A DNA stretch of 25,522 bases. Origin: a virus. Lineage: Duplodnaviria > Caudoviricetes. The notes below the pieces were generated by a model. It did not search any database. It was not told the origin of the DNA and saw only the letters and a program-made list of their open reading frames with translations. Of this stretch, positions 22,470-25,522 are shown in pieces. The DNA lies in the IMG/VR virus record IMGVR_UViG_3300044268_004572, positions 1-25,522 of that record; one strand, written 5' to 3'. The translations under genes and the position numbers were made by a program. The stretch's first letter is position 1, and the number at the start of each line of letters is the position of its first letter.

Positions 22470-25121
22470 CTAATTCTTACCACGTAATTGGTCAAGCCTT
22501 TCCTTCCTAATCTTTTCCTCACCCGCACCAACTCTCCAATATAAGTCTTTACCGAAAACAGGAACATAGCGAATAAGCTCTTGGCTTTGTTTCTCGATTG
22601 CCTTACCTAAATCGGGATCGCTCGATGTAGGCTCCATTGCAACTTTAAAAACTTCATTTACCAAAGGCATAGGTGGGAGCAATATAGCCGCTAAGAATCC
22701 TCCAATCCCATCTGCTCTTCCTTTGTAAATAGAATACCTTGAAATACCTGTCATTTGTAGGGCAGTATCAATCAGTTCATCAGGTATGCTCACGGGTCGG
22801 CCTAGGGCTAAATCCTTTGTTATATTAACTGCCGTCGTGCCACCTCCGAAAAGCATGGCAAAACGGATTGCGTTTTGAACTCCTTCCTTAGTGGTTTCTC
22901 TCTTGGCAAGTTTTTTTAGAATATCTTCACGCAAGACATCCAATTGCTTAACAAAAAAAGTTTTCAATGAATAAGCCAATCTTCCTCCTTTCATCTTCAG
23001 ATACTGTTCCGGCATCTCCGAAAGGGTGATTGGTTGTGTCTTAGTTAGTCTGCTGAATAAATAGTGTTTTACGTTCTCGTTCTGTGAATCTCCACGTCGG
23101 ATCGCATCCACCAAGTCATCCGTTTCGTTTTGGAAAAAAGGCTTATTCTCCTCTACGAAATCCTTATATGCCTTTGAGTTTTTATTTTTAAGTTTCGACT
23201 GAGCCTGTCTAAATGCACCCCTCAAATTGTTTTCTTTCAAAGCAACATCTAATTGTTTGAACCCTGTTCCCTTAAAAAGAAAATCCATTGTTTTCTTCAT
23301 CTTTCCAGCATCCGCAAAATCTGCACCAATATCATTGAGTCCAAAGTCTTTGAGTTTAATTTTCGGCCCGAATGGTGAGACTGTGTTGATTAAGCCGTTA
23401 CGATATGCGTTAAGAGCAAGATCCCCTAGTTGGGTAATAGTGGAGTATGGATTGACGATTGTACTAGCATAAATCGCATTTCTTATTGCATTGGTGGCTC
23501 CGCTTATTCTTGCTTCACCTCCATCGAATCTCTGCTTGAGCAATCTTGTCGCTTCATCTCCCGCCTCGTCATCACTTATGCGAGCAATATCCTCAAATAT
23601 ACTTCTTGCATTTGGGTCAGTCGATTTTCCAAGGAATCGGTTTTTTTCTACATTGTATGTTACATTATCAACATACTTTTGTAGTCCTCCAAGGAAGTCA
23701 TCGTAAAATTTTTGAGTATCTTCCGTAATGGTGGCAAGTGTGCGCTCTTTTTGTAATCCCATCTTACCTCTGCCACGCAAGTTGTTTCCTTCAAAGAAAT
23801 TCTGAACAACCTTTGATTTTTCTGCGCTTGTTAAAGATGTGTCTTTTGGGGAAGCTCTTAGTTTCATTTTCTCAGGCAAATCATCAAACTTCTTTTGCTC
23901 CGCTTGCCTAATCATTTTCTTTAACTCGCCTTGTGGTTCAACTCCGAGGGATTTCAAATACCCTTCGTGATCCTTCATAACGCGCGGCAAGTAATCCTTG
24001 CGGTACTCGATATCTATACCATTCCTGTTGGCACTTTCATACAAGTCATCAAGGCTATCCCTGACCGCTAAAAAATTCTCTTTGATTCCATCCATGCCAG
24101 GTTCCTTTTGTACCCTATCAAGCATTTTGTAAGCTTCAGGCATGGTCTCAGAATTACTTGTTAGTCTTTGAAATCGGTCTTGTTCGTTCCTTTTTAGTTT
24201 TTTAAATTGCTTTGAAAATGGTTTGATACGCTCTGCAAAATCTTGCTTAGACATTAATACATCTAGTTCAAAGCGGTCTAATCGACTTGCGACAAATGGA
24301 TCAATCTCTTTGAGTTTTGTCTTAATTGGTCGAATGTACTTATCTGCCGTACCCAATGTTTTATCTATCGCACTAAAAGTTTTGTTTACTGCTGGAATAA
24401 TTGCTTTATCTGCGAGCTTTACTCCAAGCTTTGCAAATGCACCACCCACTGAACCTTCTGCCAGGTTCTTGAAGTTGCCCGTTAGAATGGTGTCCGTATC
24501 TTTTTTCTGCAATGGATTCTCGAAGCCTGCTTCTGCGACTGCATCTGCCAATCCTTTTTCATCTGATGCCAATGCAATAAACTCAGTAATTCCCGCACCT
24601 GCAGGCAAGCGCAGCGCTTTGGGTACTTTACTTACTGCTTGTGCAACTTTTGGTAACTTGCTTACGGCGCTGACTGCCGCACCAACTGGAGCAATTTGTA
24701 CACCGATCCGCGCAATATCCTTCACTACCGAGTCTTGGTATTCTTGTGGAGTTACACCTTGTGTCGCACCCATCAAATCTCGCGTTTCTGCAAGAACTCC
24801 CTCGTCAAAAGGATTCTTTACGTCCTTGCCGAGCAGTTCCATGCCGGATCGGTAGAGTTCTCCTACTCCTTCTAAGCCTCCGAATATGGCGTTAAATTTA
24901 ATTTTATTCAACTCATACGCCATAGACTCATACCAAGGAGTATTGTCTATGCGATCTTTGAGATCGGATGTCGTAGTACCAACTTCAATATTTACATCTA
25001 AGTCATCATAAATATTAGTGTAATTACCTACTATACTTAGGTCGTCTAGTGCATCAGGATTTAGGTCAGTATAAATTGATTCTTCCAGTACACTAGCATC
25101 AAGATCGTCATAGATAGACAT
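22470..25121 (-). CDS. Large internal virion / DNA ejection-type protein (883 aa)
   Basis: Acidic IYDDLD N-terminal repeats, Ala/Gly-rich amphipathic segments, a DYLPR motif and hydrophobic C-terminal helices. Last gene before the terminator and attP. Confidence 0.6.
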   Translation of the reverse strand: MSIYDDLDASVLEESIYTDLNPDALDDLSIVGNYTNIYDDLDVNIEVGTTTSDLKDRIDNTPWYESMAYELNKIKFNAIFGGLEGVGELYRSGMELLGKDVKNPFDEGVLAETRDLMGATQGVTPQEYQDSVVKDIARIGVQIAPVGAAVSAVSKLPKVAQAVSKVPKALRLPAGAGITEFIALASDEKGLADAVAEAGFENPLQKKDTDTILTGNFKNLAEGSVGGAFAKLGVKLADKAIIPAVNKTFSAIDKTLGTADKYIRPIKTKLKEIDPFVASRLDRFELDVLMSKQDFAERIKPFSKQFKKLKRNEQDRFQRLTSNSETMPEAYKMLDRVQKEPGMDGIKENFLAVRDSLDDLYESANRNGIDIEYRKDYLPRVMKDHEGYLKSLGVEPQGELKKMIRQAEQKKFDDLPEKMKLRASPKDTSLTSAEKSKVVQNFFEGNNLRGRGKMGLQKERTLATITEDTQKFYDDFLGGLQKYVDNVTYNVEKNRFLGKSTDPNARSIFEDIARISDDEAGDEATRLLKQRFDGGEARISGATNAIRNAIYASTIVNPYSTITQLGDLALNAYRNGLINTVSPFGPKIKLKDFGLNDIGADFADAGKMKKTMDFLFKGTGFKQLDVALKENNLRGAFRQAQSKLKNKNSKAYKDFVEENKPFFQNETDDLVDAIRRGDSQNENVKHYLFSRLTKTQPITLSEMPEQYLKMKGGRLAYSLKTFFVKQLDVLREDILKKLAKRETTKEGVQNAIRFAMLFGGGTTAVNITKDLALGRPVSIPDELIDTALQMTGISRYSIYKGRADGIGGFLAAILLPPMPLVNEVFKVAMEPTSSDPDLGKAIEKQSQELIRYVPVFGKDLYWRVGAGEEKIRKERLDQLRGKN

Positions 25122-25127
25122 TATTAT

Positions 25128-25520
25128 TTAATTTCGTTTAGATAATGAAGACCCTATACTAGGTGAACCAAATTTTTGTAATACTAGTTCCGCTTTTCTT
25201 TTTTCTTCGGTGGTTGCGATTGGATCGTTTAAAGCCTTTAAAGCAAGTGATAATTGATATATTTTTATATCTCCCCTACCTTGCTGTGATAACATTTTTT
25301 CATAAGCAGGATTTAGTTCTAATTTTGGTATGTCTTTAGCCCCTATTTTGCCACCCATGAATGAAGAATCTTTTAATAATCCCGTGTCAATATCTCTAGT
25401 GCTGTCATAGTAAACATCCAACACATCTTCCATGTTGGAACTTATTTTAGGCATACCAGGTCTAGACTCTTGTGCTGTTTCTGCCTCTATTCCTTGCGTC
25501 TGCGCTTTTCTTAATTCAGT
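25128..25520 (-). CDS. Putative virion/ejection protein, C-terminal part (truncated by the window edge)
   Basis: The frame is open to the window end (TELRKAQTQGIEAETAQESRPGMPKISS...). Confidence 0.6.
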   Translation of the reverse strand, partial: TELRKAQTQGIEAETAQESRPGMPKISSNMEDVLDVYYDSTRDIDTGLLKDSSFMGGKIGAKDIPKLELNPAYEKMLSQQGRGDIKIYQLSLALKALNDPIATTEEKRKAELVLQKFGSPSIGSSLSKRN

Positions 25521-25522
25521 TT

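Larger units (their letters stand above)
1..25522. mobile_element. Temperate tailed dsDNA phage genome segment, probably in the excised (attP) state
   Basis: Capsid, scaffold, portal, TerL, DnaB and integrase genes are present and no host housekeeping genes are seen. Phage-type genes flank both sides of the att core. Confidence 0.93.

Noticed and set aside
24223-24855. 210-aa plus-strand ORF
   Set aside because: It is an antisense shadow of the 883-aa gene with no recognisable motifs.
1-25522. CRISPR array, DGR/retron, intron or recoded genetic code
   Set aside because: No repeat-spacer arrays or reverse transcriptase were seen, and the genes tile densely and uninterrupted under the standard code.

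Overview
The window is a 25.5-kb segment of a temperate tailed dsDNA bacteriophage with a podovirus-like gene set. Most genes are on the minus strand. From the left it carries a truncated major capsid protein gene (missed by the ORF track), a scaffold, a run of tiny Lys/Arg-rich ORFs, a portal and a terminase large subunit. Next come a three-gene base-modification-like cassette (divergent QueD, nucleoside deoxyribosyltransferase-family protein, minimal TGT/DpdA-like protein) and a C5 DNA methyltransferase encoded in two fully overlapping frames. A plus-strand block holds a TerS-like gene, a nuclease, a non-coding putative terminus region and small early-type genes. The rest is a replication/recombination module (DnaB, initiator-like protein, resolvase, RecE-like nuclease, SSB), an RHH regulator, a tyrosine integrase with a tRNA-Lys(CTT)-derived attP, and a large internal-virion-type gene. 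The top signals are (1) the QueD*/NDT/TGT-like cassette, which lacks the canonical deazaguanine residues and partner genes, (2) the split methyltransferase whose two frames appear to start from one RBS at ATGTG, and (3) a recurrent 10-bp-phased TGTAG array in intergenic regions. All family calls come from motif recognition by eye; no searches or computations were run.
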